Assembly: GCA_963835065.1 (NCBI GenBank)
Contig: CAWIEK010000063.1
Location: 128,001-192,000, forward strand
DNA from: an uncultured Chthonomonadaceae bacterium
GTDB taxonomy: Bacteria > Armatimonadota > Chthonomonadetes > Chthonomonadales > Chthonomonadaceae
Direction: 5' to 3'
DNA: 64,000 bases
Below the pieces are notes generated by a model that saw nothing but the letters and a program-made list of their open reading frames with translations, searched no databases and was not told where the DNA came from. Both the position numbers and the translations under genes were made by a program. Shown piece by piece: positions 46,789 through 57,945 of this stretch; position 1 is the stretch's first letter; the number at the start of each line of letters is the position of its first letter.

Positions 46789-47673
46789 TCACGCGGGCGG
46801 CGTATCGTCGGCTTGCGTAGGGCGGAGGAGTTCGGCAGGAGGAATGGAAGATAGGGAAGCGGCGGGACGGAGCAGGGTATCGGGCGTACCGGCGTGGCGG
46901 GTGGAAGCGCGGAGCAGGGTTTGCGTGGAAGCCACTTCGCCGCTATTGGCGCGGAGCAGGGGCAGGCACTCCGCCGCCGCTTTCTGTATTTCGCGCTGCC
47001 GGGTGTTGCGCGGGCGGCAGTTAGCGAGACGTACCACAACCGGAACCGCTTTGGCATCCCCGACCTGCTCATACGCTTTCAGGACTGCAAGCGCGAAAGC
47101 GTGATCTACGCCGCCCAATTTTGACGGCAGCAGGCTGGAACCGATCAGAACATTGAGTGTATGACGATTGCTTGGCGTCAGCAGGTTGGCGTCGGAAGCC
47201 TTCAGTTGCGGCAGCAGTGTCGTCAAAGCGCGCATCACGCTCTTGCGGTGTCCCACGCTGGAACTGATATTAAATGCATCGAGCAGGGTAGAAATCGCGC
47301 GCAGGCCACCCTCCCGCTCTAAACTCTGGATATCTAAGGAAACAGGCTTGTACATTATAATTAGCATAATCAGCACTGCTGCCAAATAACACACAAACAG
47401 CGAACCCTCGGTATTCGGTGACCGCATCATAAGACCACAAAAAGCCGCTGTCAGGCATAGCCCAAATCCGGCTAAATAGGACTGTCGGCGACGGTGTATT
47501 TTATGCTGCGCGCGGTTGAGCAGATTCGTGACCGCCTGTGTTGACGCGGCTGTCTGCAATTCTTCCGCAGCCGTTACTCCCTCAGCCGTTTCTTCCGCCG
47601 GGTTAAGTGTCGGAACAACGTAGGGAGTAACTTCTGCGGACATTTCGGAAATTACCAACTGGTTTTGCATCAT
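46789..47673 (-). CDS. Hypothetical membrane protein with a HEAT-like C-part
   Basis: Two TMs; LAVLKAYEQVGDAKAVPVV.RLA. Confidence 0.75.
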   Translation of the reverse strand: MMQNQLVISEMSAEVTPYVVPTLNPAEETAEGVTAAEELQTAASTQAVTNLLNRAQHKIHRRRQSYLAGFGLCLTAAFCGLMMRSPNTEGSLFVCYLAAVLIMLIIMYKPVSLDIQSLEREGGLRAISTLLDAFNISSSVGHRKSVMRALTTLLPQLKASDANLLTPSNRHTLNVLIGSSLLPSKLGGVDHAFALAVLKAYEQVGDAKAVPVVVRLANCRPRNTRQREIQKAAAECLPLLRANSGEVASTQTLLRASTRHAGTPDTLLRPAASLSSIPPAELLRPTQADDTPPA

Positions 47674-47719
47674 ATTAAAATATGTAAATTTGCAGCAGTA
47701 GGAGTAAGTTGAAGGTTTC

Positions 47720-49351
47720 CTACTTCACTAAAGCTGTGTCGTGTCCCTGCGCATCGGCGGGCGGCAGCAGGGTGCGGCTTTCGGCGGCAATCAGGCGCGC
47801 GTACCGCTCCTTTAATCCCGCTTCATTGCTTTCCTGCAACCTGTGCGCCAGGATCACGCTTTTTGCCAGGCGCACAAACCGGATGATTTGTGAGCCGGCG
47901 ATTTCCTGTGCCTCCATGTCCCGCTCCGCTTTGTCTACGGCTGCGTCCGCGTCCAGCAGGTCTTTCCATTTATTCTGATCGGCTTCCCGGGTCAATTGCG
48001 CAATCGCGGCCTGACGCGCTTCCCGGCGGGCGGCAGGGTCGGAAAGTTTCAGGTTGGGGAACTGGCGCAGCAGCATGGATTTGCTGTCGCCTTGTATGGC
48101 GCGGAAGCGTTCGCGCGCTGTTCGGTACTCGCCCATCTGCCGCCGGTTCGGACCGGCCATGTTGAGCGCCGCCCCGAACTGCGCATACGCCGCACTCAAC
48201 CGGCTGTTGCCGCCGAGTTTCAGCTTGTCGGAAAGCGCGTCCAAAGCCGCCCGCTGCGCCACGCTCGCCCATTGCCGTACCTCTTTATAAGAGGTTTGGA
48301 ACAGTTCCCGATCTTCGGCAGGCTTGACGAACCGGCGCAGAAATACGTCCGAAGTGCAGACGGGCGCGTCAATGCTGTCGTCGTAAATCAGCGTATAGCA
48401 GTACGCCTCGTCCATACCCACGCGCCCGTCGCCATTGTAGTCCGCCCCGGTCACGCGCCGCCCGACACGATCCCGTCCCGTCAGCGCGGCAAAAAAGAAA
48501 CTGGTAAAATCCCGGTATTCGGCTTCATTCACCGCCGAAGTACAGCCTGCCGCTACCCGGTTACTGACCGTCGCGTAAAATCCACAAATGTCTCGCTTTG
48601 CCAGATCGCCGTTCGGGTCGCCGTTCTCGAATATCAAATTTGCGAACGCGCCCGAATAGCACTGCACCATGACTACGGTGACGGGCACATCGTTGGGCAG
48701 GCGGGCAATCTGGCGGGACAGATCGCGTACGGTCAGCGCGGCGCGCTCGTTCTGCTGCGCGTTGCGTCCCTCTTCCCACAGGTCGTACATGTTGTTGTCG
48801 AAGTTCTGGCGGCTTGGACTGCCATGCCCCGTAAAATACAGCAGCAGTTGATGCGCGCCCGGATCGGCGCTTTCCGCCTGCGTCAGTTGCCCGAACACGC
48901 GGTTAATATCGTCCTGTCGGGACGCGCCATCCAGTTTCACGCCCAGGTTCGGCTTGCGGAAATGCAGGCTGCTTTCATCCTCGCCGTTCGGATTGATGAG
49001 GTTGAGCAACTGTTCGCCAATGGGCTGCGCGCGCAGATCATCGTCGTACAGCACAGTGGCATGGTTGGCGTTGCCGTCCGCGAACAGCGTGGTGCGCGGC
49101 GTAGTAGGCGGCAGCAATTTTTCCACATAGCGCACGTTGCTTTCAATCGCCACCTGATTGTTTATCAGGTTCGGCCCGCCGCCCACAATCAGGACGCGCA
49201 GCGGCAATTCGGCGGCAGGCGCATGGGCGCGCGTGGCAAGCGGCAGCCACAACAGCGCCCCCACACCCACGAGCGCGGATGAACGAGCGGAGCGACGCGC
49301 GCGCGGACGATGCAGCCGCGCCATACAACGCGAAACCAAAGACAGCGACAT
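47720..49351 (-). CDS. Secreted clan CD (caspase/legumain-like) peptidase
   Basis: LLLYFTGHG and VVMVQCYSG His/Cys dyad; signal peptide. Confidence 0.8.
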   Translation of the reverse strand: MSLSLVSRCMARLHRPRARRSARSSALVGVGALLWLPLATRAHAPAAELPLRVLIVGGGPNLINNQVAIESNVRYVEKLLPPTTPRTTLFADGNANHATVLYDDDLRAQPIGEQLLNLINPNGEDESSLHFRKPNLGVKLDGASRQDDINRVFGQLTQAESADPGAHQLLLYFTGHGSPSRQNFDNNMYDLWEEGRNAQQNERAALTVRDLSRQIARLPNDVPVTVVMVQCYSGAFANLIFENGDPNGDLAKRDICGFYATVSNRVAAGCTSAVNEAEYRDFTSFFFAALTGRDRVGRRVTGADYNGDGRVGMDEAYCYTLIYDDSIDAPVCTSDVFLRRFVKPAEDRELFQTSYKEVRQWASVAQRAALDALSDKLKLGGNSRLSAAYAQFGAALNMAGPNRRQMGEYRTARERFRAIQGDSKSMLLRQFPNLKLSDPAARREARQAAIAQLTREADQNKWKDLLDADAAVDKAERDMEAQEIAGSQIIRFVRLAKSVILAHRLQESNEAGLKERYARLIAAESRTLLPPADAQGHDTALVK

Positions 49352-49520
49352 AAAGCAAGCCTTTCCTAACCGGTTTTCTGTTGTTAAGCTATCAGCCGCG
49401 AATGAACGGAAAGAAGGAATAAACTAAACAAATGAGGAATACGGATATAGACGCATTCACCGGGGATTTGTTGTCAACAAGTGGTTAAGCGTTGAGGGTA
49501 AAGAACCTCCCTGTCCTGAA

Positions 49521-49572
49521 AATACCTCACCCCAACCCTCCTGGCCGCTCGTTCCTCGCTAAGAGAGGGGCT
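49521..49572. repeat. CCTCACCCCAACCCTC...GAGAGGGG hairpin repeat
   Basis: Self-complementary ends; resembles a common dispersed palindromic repeat type. Confidence 0.45.
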
Positions 49573-50159
49573 TTTCATGCTCAAAGGTGTGCGCAGCGCA
49601 TGGAGACTATCCTGTATTTTCAAACACCAGAAAGGTCACGGTACATATACTCTAAAAAAGCTTAGACAGATCTGCTTATCTAAGCATATAAGTAGTATGA
49701 GGCGCTTGAGTAGTTTCCTATTCCTGAGTTGTTCAGATTGGAGGAGCAAATGGTTAAGAGCAGGTTGCGCAGATCACTTGCATTGTCTCGGCGAGAGGTC
49801 AGTGTACTATTGGAGGCTCTGTGCCTTAGTAACTCTGAGAGATCGACGACAACAACGCTGTTGCTCCGCGTCGCTGACCTCTACTATCAAATGCACGGGG
49901 TGGACATAGCTGTTGCTCCTCATACGCGCCTTTTCTCGTGCAGCACGGCTTCGGGTGCAGGTGGAGCGAAGAAGAAACGGATGGCCTCTGCCTTGCCGAC
50001 CCGTTAGAATAGAAAGGAGACCATAGGCACATTTACAGCCTTGCAAGCTGACGCGAACAGTCGCGGAAGTTGGTTTTATCAAATTGCTAACGTTTCAGTT
50101 AATGTGCTGTCCCTCCACTACACAATAGGAGGACAGCGAACACCAAAAGGACAAAGAAA

Positions 50160-50453
50160 ATGAAGTACGCTTTTTTGTTGTTTGCATTGGCCTCTGTGAT
50201 CAGCGTGAGCGCCACGCTTCTGTTCCACTTCGCCGTCATGCCGACGCGCGTTCAATTGTCCAATCTGTCTACCAAGCCTCCTATGACCGCTAAGGCGATG
50301 GACAATGAGGCGGTTCCCGTCGTGAAAGGGGTCACTCTCATCTCCGGCACTGAAGCCGCTTCTACTCGCGGGCAGGGCTTCTTCAGTAGCCTGTGGAAGG
50401 CGATTGTTAATTGGTTTGTTGGCTACGTCACCGACGCCGCTGTCAGTATGTGA
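50160..50453 (+). CDS. Small exported peptide, bacteriocin/RiPP precursor-like
   Basis: Hydrophobic N-terminus; LISGTEAASTRGQ followed by amphipathic GFFSSLWKAIVNWF. Confidence 0.45.
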   Translation: MKYAFLLFALASVISVSATLLFHFAVMPTRVQLSNLSTKPPMTAKAMDNEAVPVVKGVTLISGTEAASTRGQGFFSSLWKAIVNWFVGYVTDAAVSM

Positions 50454-50869
50454 CTCAGAAAAGACGGAGATGTAACTGGCAGAGACGAAGGTGTGACCAG
50501 TCAAGCCGGCTGCGGCTACGCCACTGGCAGCCACGGAAAGATGGAAGCATACTAAATGCCATGCGGAGACACTTCGTAAATTCTACATCTTGGAAACCAC
50601 GAAGTTTCTCTGCGGGGTTGCTTAACCGGCGCGGGGCGAATGGAAACAATAAACATCTCCATTCGCCTGCGCCACAAGGAATACTGCGATGCGTCAAAAC
50701 ACCCGAACAAGACTCACTTTATTATCGCTGCTTGGTTTGCTGACGTGGATGCTGCTGCGCGTCATTGTTCCGACATCAATGCGGACTATGCGTTTTTGCA
50801 AAGCCGTGCAGATTATGCGGCGGCTGCTGCGCACGTTGCTCAACTCTATGAACGCAGCGAAGCGGAAAG

Positions 50870-51500
50870 AAGGAGTGGAGGGGGGGGGGGGGGAGAAAGC
50901 GGGGGAGCGCAGAGAAGCACGCAGACGGGCGCGCGGGCAACGGACCACGCTATCTCGCTGACCCGCGGAAGCGAGCGGAGAAGGCGAAGGGGGCGGGAGC
51001 GACGGCAGCGCGGGGCGGAAGGGGGACGGCGCGCTTTTGGAAAAGGATGAAGATTAGGAAACAGGAAGGAAGAGGGGAGGGGAGAAAAGGGGAGGGAGGA
51101 AAGGAAAGGGGGGGAGGGAGGAGAGAGAGAAGAGAAGAGGGAGGGGGGGGAGGGGAGAGGGGAGAGGGAGAGAAGAGAAAGAGGGAGAAAGGAAGAAGAG
51201 GAGGAGGAGGAGAGGAGAAGGGAGGGGAAGAGGAAAGAAAAAAGAGAAAAAGGGAGAGAGAAAAGAAGAAAGAAAAGGAAAGAAAGGAGAAGGAAGGAGG
51301 AGGGAGAAAGGAGGAGAGAAAGGGGAGAGGAAGGGGGAAGAGGAGGAGAGGAGAGGGAAGGAGAGAGGAGGGGGGAAGGAGGAGGGGAAGAGAAAAAGGG
51401 GAAGAAGGGAGAAAAGAAACAGGAAACAGGGAACAGAAGAGAAGACAGGAACGATAGAAGATAGAAGAGAATGATCCTCAAAGATAGGAAGATAGAAGAG
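50870..51500. other. Purine-only low-complexity tract, probable sequencing/assembly artefact
   Basis: About 400 nt core of almost only A/G with no periodicity, flanked by degraded sequence. Confidence 0.75.
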
Positions 51501-51768
51501 AAAGAGTTCGCTGACTTGCTGCAGGAGCTAAAATTGCACGCCGCTGCTATAAATCGGAAGCGTTGCTGACTGATCGCGATAAATCAATACGCCTGGCGCG
51601 GCGGAAATGTGGGCGCACTCACTGGCTGTGACCACTGCGCGGTACAATTTGCCGCCTTGTCGAAAGTTTAACAGATGGGAGGCAAACCCAGCTTTGCCTA
51701 CCGTTGGCGATACGCTTTGCGTGTCTGCCGCATGTCTGGTGAACGCTTACTTCGCCGAATTGCTCGGC

Positions 51769-53125
51769 ATGAACCGGTATCAATGGACGGTCTTGTTCGC
51801 GGCCTGGCTGGGTTGGGGCTTCGACATGTTTGACGCGACGCTGTTTACCCAAGTGGCGGATAAGTGCGTCCCAACCCTGCTGCATGTACCTTCGGCTCTT
51901 CGCAGGTTTCCCTGTGGATGGGCATACTGACATCGGCGCTGCTGCTCAGTTGGGCGGCGGGCGGTGTGTTATTCGGGTGGGTGGCGGATCGGATCGGACG
52001 CGCTCGTACCCTAATGCTGACCATACTCCTATACGCCATCGGCACAGCCTGCTGCGCGTTTGCGCCCAACGTCTGGGTGCTGCTGCTGTTTCGCGTGATT
52101 TCGGGGATGGGCATTGGGGGCGAATGGGCGGCAGGCGCGAGTATCGTGGCCGAGACGGTTCCCGAAGAGCGGCGTGTGCAAGCGGGCACACTGTTGTATA
52201 CCGCCGCGCCAGTCGGCCTGTTTCTCGCCACATTCGCCAATGCGCAGATCGCGGGCAATCTCCTCAAAGGGCACCCGGATGTATCCTGGCGCTATGTGTT
52301 CCTGTGCGGCCTGATCCCTGCCGCCTTTGCCCTTCTGGTGCGCAGATGCGTGAAGGAGCCTGAGGGTTGGACAACTGCGACAACGACAGCGTCTCACAAG
52401 CCGCGTTTGCGCGAGATGTTTGCGGACGTGCGCGAACTGTTTAAGCCCGAAAACATCCGATCCACCCGAAGCGGTCTGATCACGTCCCTGATGGCTTTGA
52501 CTGCCTGGTGGAGCTGCTATGCTTTCATCCCGGAAGTAGCCAGAAACCTGGCGATAAAGAGCGTGGGTGAGCGTCATTTTGACCACCTTAAGATGATGAT
52601 CTGGCCGAACAATACAAGGCGCTGGCAGCCAATAGCTTCCACTGGGGCGGATTGTTAGGAATTTTGCTCATGATGGTTGCCGCCAAATACATGAGACGGC
52701 GCAACATGTTCAACGTATACTTTCTGTGTTCCGCCGCCGCCCTGTTCGCCACGTTCGGGCTGGACCTACAGGCCGAAACGCTCCTGCGCATGTATTTCTT
52801 GCTCGGCGTGACCGTATTCGGCGTGTTCAGCAGTTTCACCTACTATTTGCCGGAACTGTTTCCCACGCGGCTGCGCGCGACTGGATCGGGCTTCTGTTAC
52901 AATATCGGGCGCATTATCGCCGCCTTCGGAACGTTTTGGGTCGGGCACGTGGCTGCCGGCGGCCTTGAAGCCGTGCTGCGCGCGCTGTACTGCATCGGGT
53001 TTGTGCTGCTCTTTGGCCTGCTGTTCGTGCCCGGGATCGTCGAGACGTACAAACTGAATCTGGGTCATGGAGACCTGGCACCAGGTGTTGGCATGGGACC
53101 AGCCCTCCCACAAGGTGGAACGTAG
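51769..53125 (+). CDS. MFS transporter, frameshifted at about 51885 and 52600-52650
   Basis: WLGWGFDMFD, GWVADRIGR, FRVISGMGIGGEW, YLPELFPTRLRATG. Confidence 0.85.
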
Positions 53126-53287
53126 ATGATCATGAAACATACATTACGGAGAAACACAGTGGATATGTGTAGAATCTATATCGCGCAGGCACAAACGTTA
53201 CAATGGGAGAAGGCCGCTTGCCCGATGAGAACACTGCCTTTCGAATTCTGCTCTTTGCAGCATCAAGCGGTATCAACTATCATACTA

Positions 53288-54451
53288 TCACACATCCTTC
53301 ATCCTTTCGGCACTCGCATCATGCGCGGCAAGCGTCAAATCCGCGCCGGAATGGGAGCGGTCTTCCGCTGCCTGCCGTCCATGCCGCATGAACTCGTAAT
53401 CAGCGGCGATTTCCGCGCCGAGCAGCAAAATCGCCATTGAGTAGTACATCCACACAACCAAAATCACGATGCTGCTCAGGGAGCCGTACAAAATCGCGTA
53501 GCCCTGCGAATGGAGCAGGTAGTAGCCGAAGCCGAACTTGGTAATCTGCCAGAACAGCGCGGCGACGCCCGCGCCCAAAAACGCGGACTTCCAGGGCACG
53601 TGCCGGTTGGGGAGAATCTGGTACAAGACGGCAAATAAAATGGTGGTAATCAGCAGGGGAAGCAGGCCCGTCGCGGCTTTCAGCAGCGTGGACTGCACCG
53701 CGCTGTTAAACCAGTGCCCGCTGTAATTGGCAACGTAAGTGACAAGGGCGGAAGCGGCCATATCTGCCGAAAGAAGTACCAGGGTGAAAAAGGTGGCTCC
53801 AAGCGCAATCATGCGCTGCCGGAACCAGTGGCGCGTTTCCGGCACGACCCAGATGATGTTCATGCCCGGCTGCATGGCGAGAAACGTCTGGTGCGCCCCG
53901 TAAATCAGAAACGTCAGGCCGAACAGCCCGGTTACGCGCCGATTTGCAAGTACAGCCGTAAGCTGGTCACGCACAAAATCGAACTTTACAGGAATATAAG
54001 ACTGAATGGCATAAATGGTTTCTCGCAGCGCGGCTTCGCGCCCGCTGAGGAAAAATCCCAATATGGCGACGCCGACAATCAGCAGGGGAACGAGGGACAG
54101 AACCGCGCAGTACGCGCACGAACAGGCCATCAAACTGCATTGGTGCGTGGCGTAAGCGTCGGAAAGGCGGCGAACATAGCGCACAGCGCGCAGACCCTGC
54201 TGACGCGGCTTGGCGTTCACCGGATCGGTATGCTCGATAAACTTGCGGACATGGTGAAACAGCCGGGGCGTAGAAGAATCTACCGGCGCAAGTTCTGTCT
54301 GCGGCAGTTTTTGGATTGGCTGCGCCCCGACTTGCATCGGCGGCATATCGGCTTGGTCGGCGGCATCGGCGGCGTCTTCTGCCCCGACGGCAGGCGTTTC
54401 CACAGCAACAGGTTGTTCAGGCGGTGTTATTTTCATCGGCGCGGGCGGCAA
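53288..54451 (-). CDS. YihY/virulence factor BrkB family membrane protein
   Basis: A...AY...LSLVPLL, YGSL...V....W.YY...ILLLGAE. Confidence 0.9.
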   Translation of the reverse strand: MPPAPMKITPPEQPVAVETPAVGAEDAADAADQADMPPMQVGAQPIQKLPQTELAPVDSSTPRLFHHVRKFIEHTDPVNAKPRQQGLRAVRYVRRLSDAYATHQCSLMACSCAYCAVLSLVPLLIVGVAILGFFLSGREAALRETIYAIQSYIPVKFDFVRDQLTAVLANRRVTGLFGLTFLIYGAHQTFLAMQPGMNIIWVVPETRHWFRQRMIALGATFFTLVLLSADMAASALVTYVANYSGHWFNSAVQSTLLKAATGLLPLLITTILFAVLYQILPNRHVPWKSAFLGAGVAALFWQITKFGFGYYLLHSQGYAILYGSLSSIVILVVWMYYSMAILLLGAEIAADYEFMRHGRQAAEDRSHSGADLTLAAHDASAERMKDV

Positions 54452-54618
54452 GTGCTTTAGCGTAACGACGAATCAAACCGCCGGTTAGTGCCGGGAATAT
54501 TGGAGAGGGAACAGGGAACAGGGAACAGGGAACAAAGAAAAGAAGACAGAAGACAGAAGAAGAGGATGCACTATCAACTATCAACTGTTTTTCATCCTTC
54601 ATCCTTCATCCTTCATCC

Positions 54619-55377
54619 TTACCCCCGCATATCCACGCCGCCGTCTACCGTGACCGTTGTGCCCGTGATGAAGCCGGACAAGTCACTGAGCAGAAACACG
54701 GTGGGGCCGGCTACGTCGTCGGGCAGGCCGATGCGTCCGAGCGGGAAATTACGCGCCACTTCTTCGCGGCCTGCGGCATCCAGACTCGGCGCGGCCATAT
54801 CCGTGTCCGTCCATGCGGGCGCGATGCAGTTGACGCGGATGTTGTCGGGAGCCAGTTCCTTCGCCATCGAGCGCATGAACATAATCTGCGCGCCTTTGGA
54901 GGTTGCATACGCGGAGTATACGTTGGAACCGCGCTGCCCCGCCGTTGACGTGTAGATGACGATACTGCCGCCATGCCCGCCCTGCCGCATCAGACGCGCC
55001 GCTGCCCGCACGGTCAGAAATGTGCCGCGCAGGTTGATCGCCATCGTGCGCTCCCAGAATTCCAGCGACATTTCTTCAATCGGGCAGCCCTCGAAAATGC
55101 CGGCGGAAACCACCAGCCCGCGCAAGGGTCCTAACTTTTCTACCGCCGCGTCCATCGCGTTTTCGGTGGCGGATTCGTCGGAAATGTCGGCCTGCACCGC
55201 AAACGCGCGCCGTCCCACCCTTTCCACATCGGACACAACGGCGTTGGCCGCGTTCGCATTGCGCAGGTAGTTGACCGACACATCCGCGCCGCACCGCGCC
55301 GACATCCGCGCCGCAGCGGCTCCGATGCCCCGGCTGCCGCCCGCAATAAAAATATGCCTGCCTGTCAAATCAATCAT
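54619..55377 (-). CDS. SDR family oxidoreductase
   Basis: AGGSRGIG, YATSK, IRVNCIAP, VDGG. Confidence 0.93.
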   Translation of the reverse strand: MIDLTGRHIFIAGGSRGIGAAAARMSARCGADVSVNYLRNANAANAVVSDVERVGRRAFAVQADISDESATENAMDAAVEKLGPLRGLVVSAGIFEGCPIEEMSLEFWERTMAINLRGTFLTVRAAARLMRQGGHGGSIVIYTSTAGQRGSNVYSAYATSKGAQIMFMRSMAKELAPDNIRVNCIAPAWTDTDMAAPSLDAAGREEVARNFPLGRIGLPDDVAGPTVFLLSDLSGFITGTTVTVDGGVDMRG

Positions 55378-55515
55378 AATCTGCTCCGATTATTCTGCGA
55401 CGTAAGTCTTCGCCAGTACCCGGCATATACCATCTAAATCTCTTTGCCGGTTGTTAGACCTGCGGCCAATCGTCCTGCGGACGAGGGATTGTGCTGTGTT
55501 TAAGTGGCTTGCCTA

Positions 55516-56607
55516 TCAGGGATGCGTGGCGGGTAAGGGTTTGGCGAGCGCGTTCAGGTCGCCGAAGTTTTTCTTTACATAAGCCGCGTACCATTTGGCT
55601 TCCTCGCCTTGATTGGTTTCACGCGGGTAAATCGCGTCTACGGTGGCTTTGGTGATTTGTTCCGTGCCGACATCCACCCAGCCTTTGGGCAGGGGCGTTT
55701 TGTCGCGCAAATGGCGCACCATAGCGAGAACCGGCAGATAGCCTTGCAGGTACGGATGCTGTCCCAAACTGATCTGCGTGGTTCCCGCCTTAATGGAGTC
55801 CAGCGTTTCCGTGTTCAGGTCGTAGCCGCCGATGAGCCATTTGCCATTGGTGCGCGTTTTCAATTTGGCGAGGTTGGGAATGTCCATCGAACAGAGGCCG
55901 ACAGTGGCGACGGCATCGGGGTTCGCGGTCGCCTGATTTTCCCATGCGGAATAATTGGCCGTGTTTTCCGTGCCCACGTCTTTGGGGTCGGTGACGGTGT
56001 ACGCGCTGCCTTCCAGTCCCTTCTTGAACCCCTTGTAACGCTCTTCCAGCACGGCAACGCCCGGTTTGCAAATCCCTGCGAGGATTTTGCCGCTTTTCTT
56101 GCCGTCCGCTTCCAGCATTTTGCGCAATTCTGTCGCCAAAATCACGCCGCTCTGGTACTCGTCCTGCCCGAACCACGAGGCCGCGCCCGACTCCGCGCTC
56201 GTAATGTTGGAGGTGACGACAGGAACGCCCGCATCCGTCGCTTCCTTGATAGGCTTGACCCACACTTCACCCGGCATCGGAACCACGACCATGCCGTCCA
56301 ATTTCTTCTGCACCATGCCCTCGAACATGCCGATGGCTTCCGTCGCCTCAAAACTCGACGGCCCCTGTACCTCCACATCCACGTCCAAATCGCGCCCCGC
56401 CTGCTCCGCGCCCCGCTTGATAACAGCGGTAAAGTCGTTCAAGCCATGCAGCACGTAGCCGATTTTAAGCCGTTTCTGCTCCTTGCCATTCGCGGCAGGC
56501 TTTGACGTACCCATATCGCCGGCAGTCGCGGGCGTGTCGGCAGGCCGGTTGCACGAGGCCAAAAGCAGAAAGGGAAGCGCAGTCCACAGTGAGCGCAAGC
56601 ATTTCAT
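55516..56607 (-). CDS. Sugar ABC transporter substrate-binding lipoprotein
   Basis: Lipobox LASC; periplasmic binding protein type I motifs (ERYKGF, GGYD, Q.PYLQGY). Confidence 0.9.
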   Translation of the reverse strand: MKCLRSLWTALPFLLLASCNRPADTPATAGDMGTSKPAANGKEQKRLKIGYVLHGLNDFTAVIKRGAEQAGRDLDVDVEVQGPSSFEATEAIGMFEGMVQKKLDGMVVVPMPGEVWVKPIKEATDAGVPVVTSNITSAESGAASWFGQDEYQSGVILATELRKMLEADGKKSGKILAGICKPGVAVLEERYKGFKKGLEGSAYTVTDPKDVGTENTANYSAWENQATANPDAVATVGLCSMDIPNLAKLKTRTNGKWLIGGYDLNTETLDSIKAGTTQISLGQHPYLQGYLPVLAMVRHLRDKTPLPKGWVDVGTEQITKATVDAIYPRETNQGEEAKWYAAYVKKNFGDLNALAKPLPATHP

Positions 56608-56748
56608 ATAGGGTTCCTTTTTAGGAGGGTGTTCAGGTGTTCAGGTGTTCGGGTATTCAGGTGTTCGGATAATACTCTTGCTGCGCTAAAGTAAACTTCG
56701 ATACTTTTGCATTGACCTGAATACCCGAACACCTGAACACCTGAACAC

Positions 56749-57738
56749 CTACTTCGTCCGTCTTCGCACGAACGAGTCAATGGCGACGGCGACGATGATG
56801 GCGGCTCCGGTCACGGCGACATCGGTATTGGGTGGAGCGCCGAGCAGGATGAGGCCGTTGCGAATCACATAGATAATCAATGCGCCCAGAATGGCTCCGG
56901 GAACCGAACCCCTGCCGCCGCTCAGGGCCGTGCCGCCGATAATCACGCTGGCAATCACCCACAGTTCATAGCTTGGGCCGGTGCTGGGGTCGGCAGACTG
57001 CAAGAATGCAAGCGCGGCAATCCCGGCAAGCGCGGCAATCATGCCGTTCATGGTCATCACGGCGATGCGAACATGATCCAGGGCAAGCCCGGACAGGCGA
57101 GCGGCAGTCGGGTTGCCGCCAATGGCTTCGATACGCCGTCCCGCAACCGTGCGCGTCAACACCAGCCAGCCAAGCGCAGCGGCGATAATCATGACAATGG
57201 CGCTCGTGGGCATGCCGAAGATCGCGCCGCCGCCAACCGTAAAGAACCATTGGTTTTTGGGAAACCGGCTGACGGGCGCGTTGCTGCACAATATCAGCGC
57301 GATGCCGCGATAAATGCTCAACGTTCCCAATGTGACGATAATCATCGGAATGCGCAGCAGCACGGCTACAACGCCATTGAACAATCCGCAAACCGCGCCC
57401 GTTCCCAATCCAATCAGCAGCGCAAGGGGAACCGGCAAGCCTTTTTGCAGGGCAAGCGCGGTGACAACATTGGTCAGCGTGAGTATGGAGCCGACGGACA
57501 AATCAATGTCGCCCATCGTCACGACAAACACCATGCCGACTGCCATGATGCCGATATAGGACGATTGCCGCGCCACTTTCAGCAGGTTCAGCGCAGTAGG
57601 GAATGTGGGCGTCGCAATCGTAAGCGCCACACAAAGCGCCACGAGGGCAATCAAAACGCCGAGTTCCTGTAACGCCCGCAAGCGTTGATACGCGCGCCTT
57701 GCGCTTCCCGCCGCGCCGGGAACCTGATTGTCACTCAT
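56749..57738 (-). CDS. Sugar ABC transporter permease (RbsC-like)
   Basis: DIDLSVGS, IVTLG, GRRIEAIGGN..AARLSG, YEL.VIA.VIIGGT.L.GG.G. Confidence 0.93.
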   Translation of the reverse strand: MSDNQVPGAAGSARRAYQRLRALQELGVLIALVALCVALTIATPTFPTALNLLKVARQSSYIGIMAVGMVFVVTMGDIDLSVGSILTLTNVVTALALQKGLPVPLALLIGLGTGAVCGLFNGVVAVLLRIPMIIVTLGTLSIYRGIALILCSNAPVSRFPKNQWFFTVGGGAIFGMPTSAIVMIIAAALGWLVLTRTVAGRRIEAIGGNPTAARLSGLALDHVRIAVMTMNGMIAALAGIAALAFLQSADPSTGPSYELWVIASVIIGGTALSGGRGSVPGAILGALIIYVIRNGLILLGAPPNTDVAVTGAAIIVAVAIDSFVRRRTK

Positions 57739-57778
57739 AACAGTGCCGTCCGTGCAATAACATTTCAAATAAGAATCC

Positions 57779-57945
57779 GTAGGGACACAACATGTTGTGT
57801 CCGCCCGCTGCGGCACATCCTCTTCCTATAATGTAGAGTGCGGACACAACATATAGAGCGCGGACACAACATATAGAGCGCGGACACAACGTATGGAGCG
57901 CGGACACAACGTATGGAGCGCGGACACAACATGTTGTGTCCCTAC
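57779..57945. repeat. GTAG-type REP doublet with four internal 20 bp tandem repeats
   Basis: GTAGGGACACAACATGTTGTGTCC ... (CGGACACAACrTATrGAGCG)x4 ... GGACACAACATGTTGTGTCCCTAC. Confidence 0.85.

Noticed and set aside
50689..50870. Possible lasso-peptide B2 protease N-terminus
   Set aside because: Only a vague hydrophobic/basic pattern; the catalytic region would fall in the corrupted tract
50870..51500. Purine tract and its G/E/R/K-rich and S/P/L/F-rich ORFs
   Set aside because: Aperiodic A/G-only sequence typical of a low-quality read segment; treated as an artefact
57841..57930. Possible CRISPR array
   Set aside because: The period is only 20 bp, the 'spacers' are repeated, and there are no cas genes
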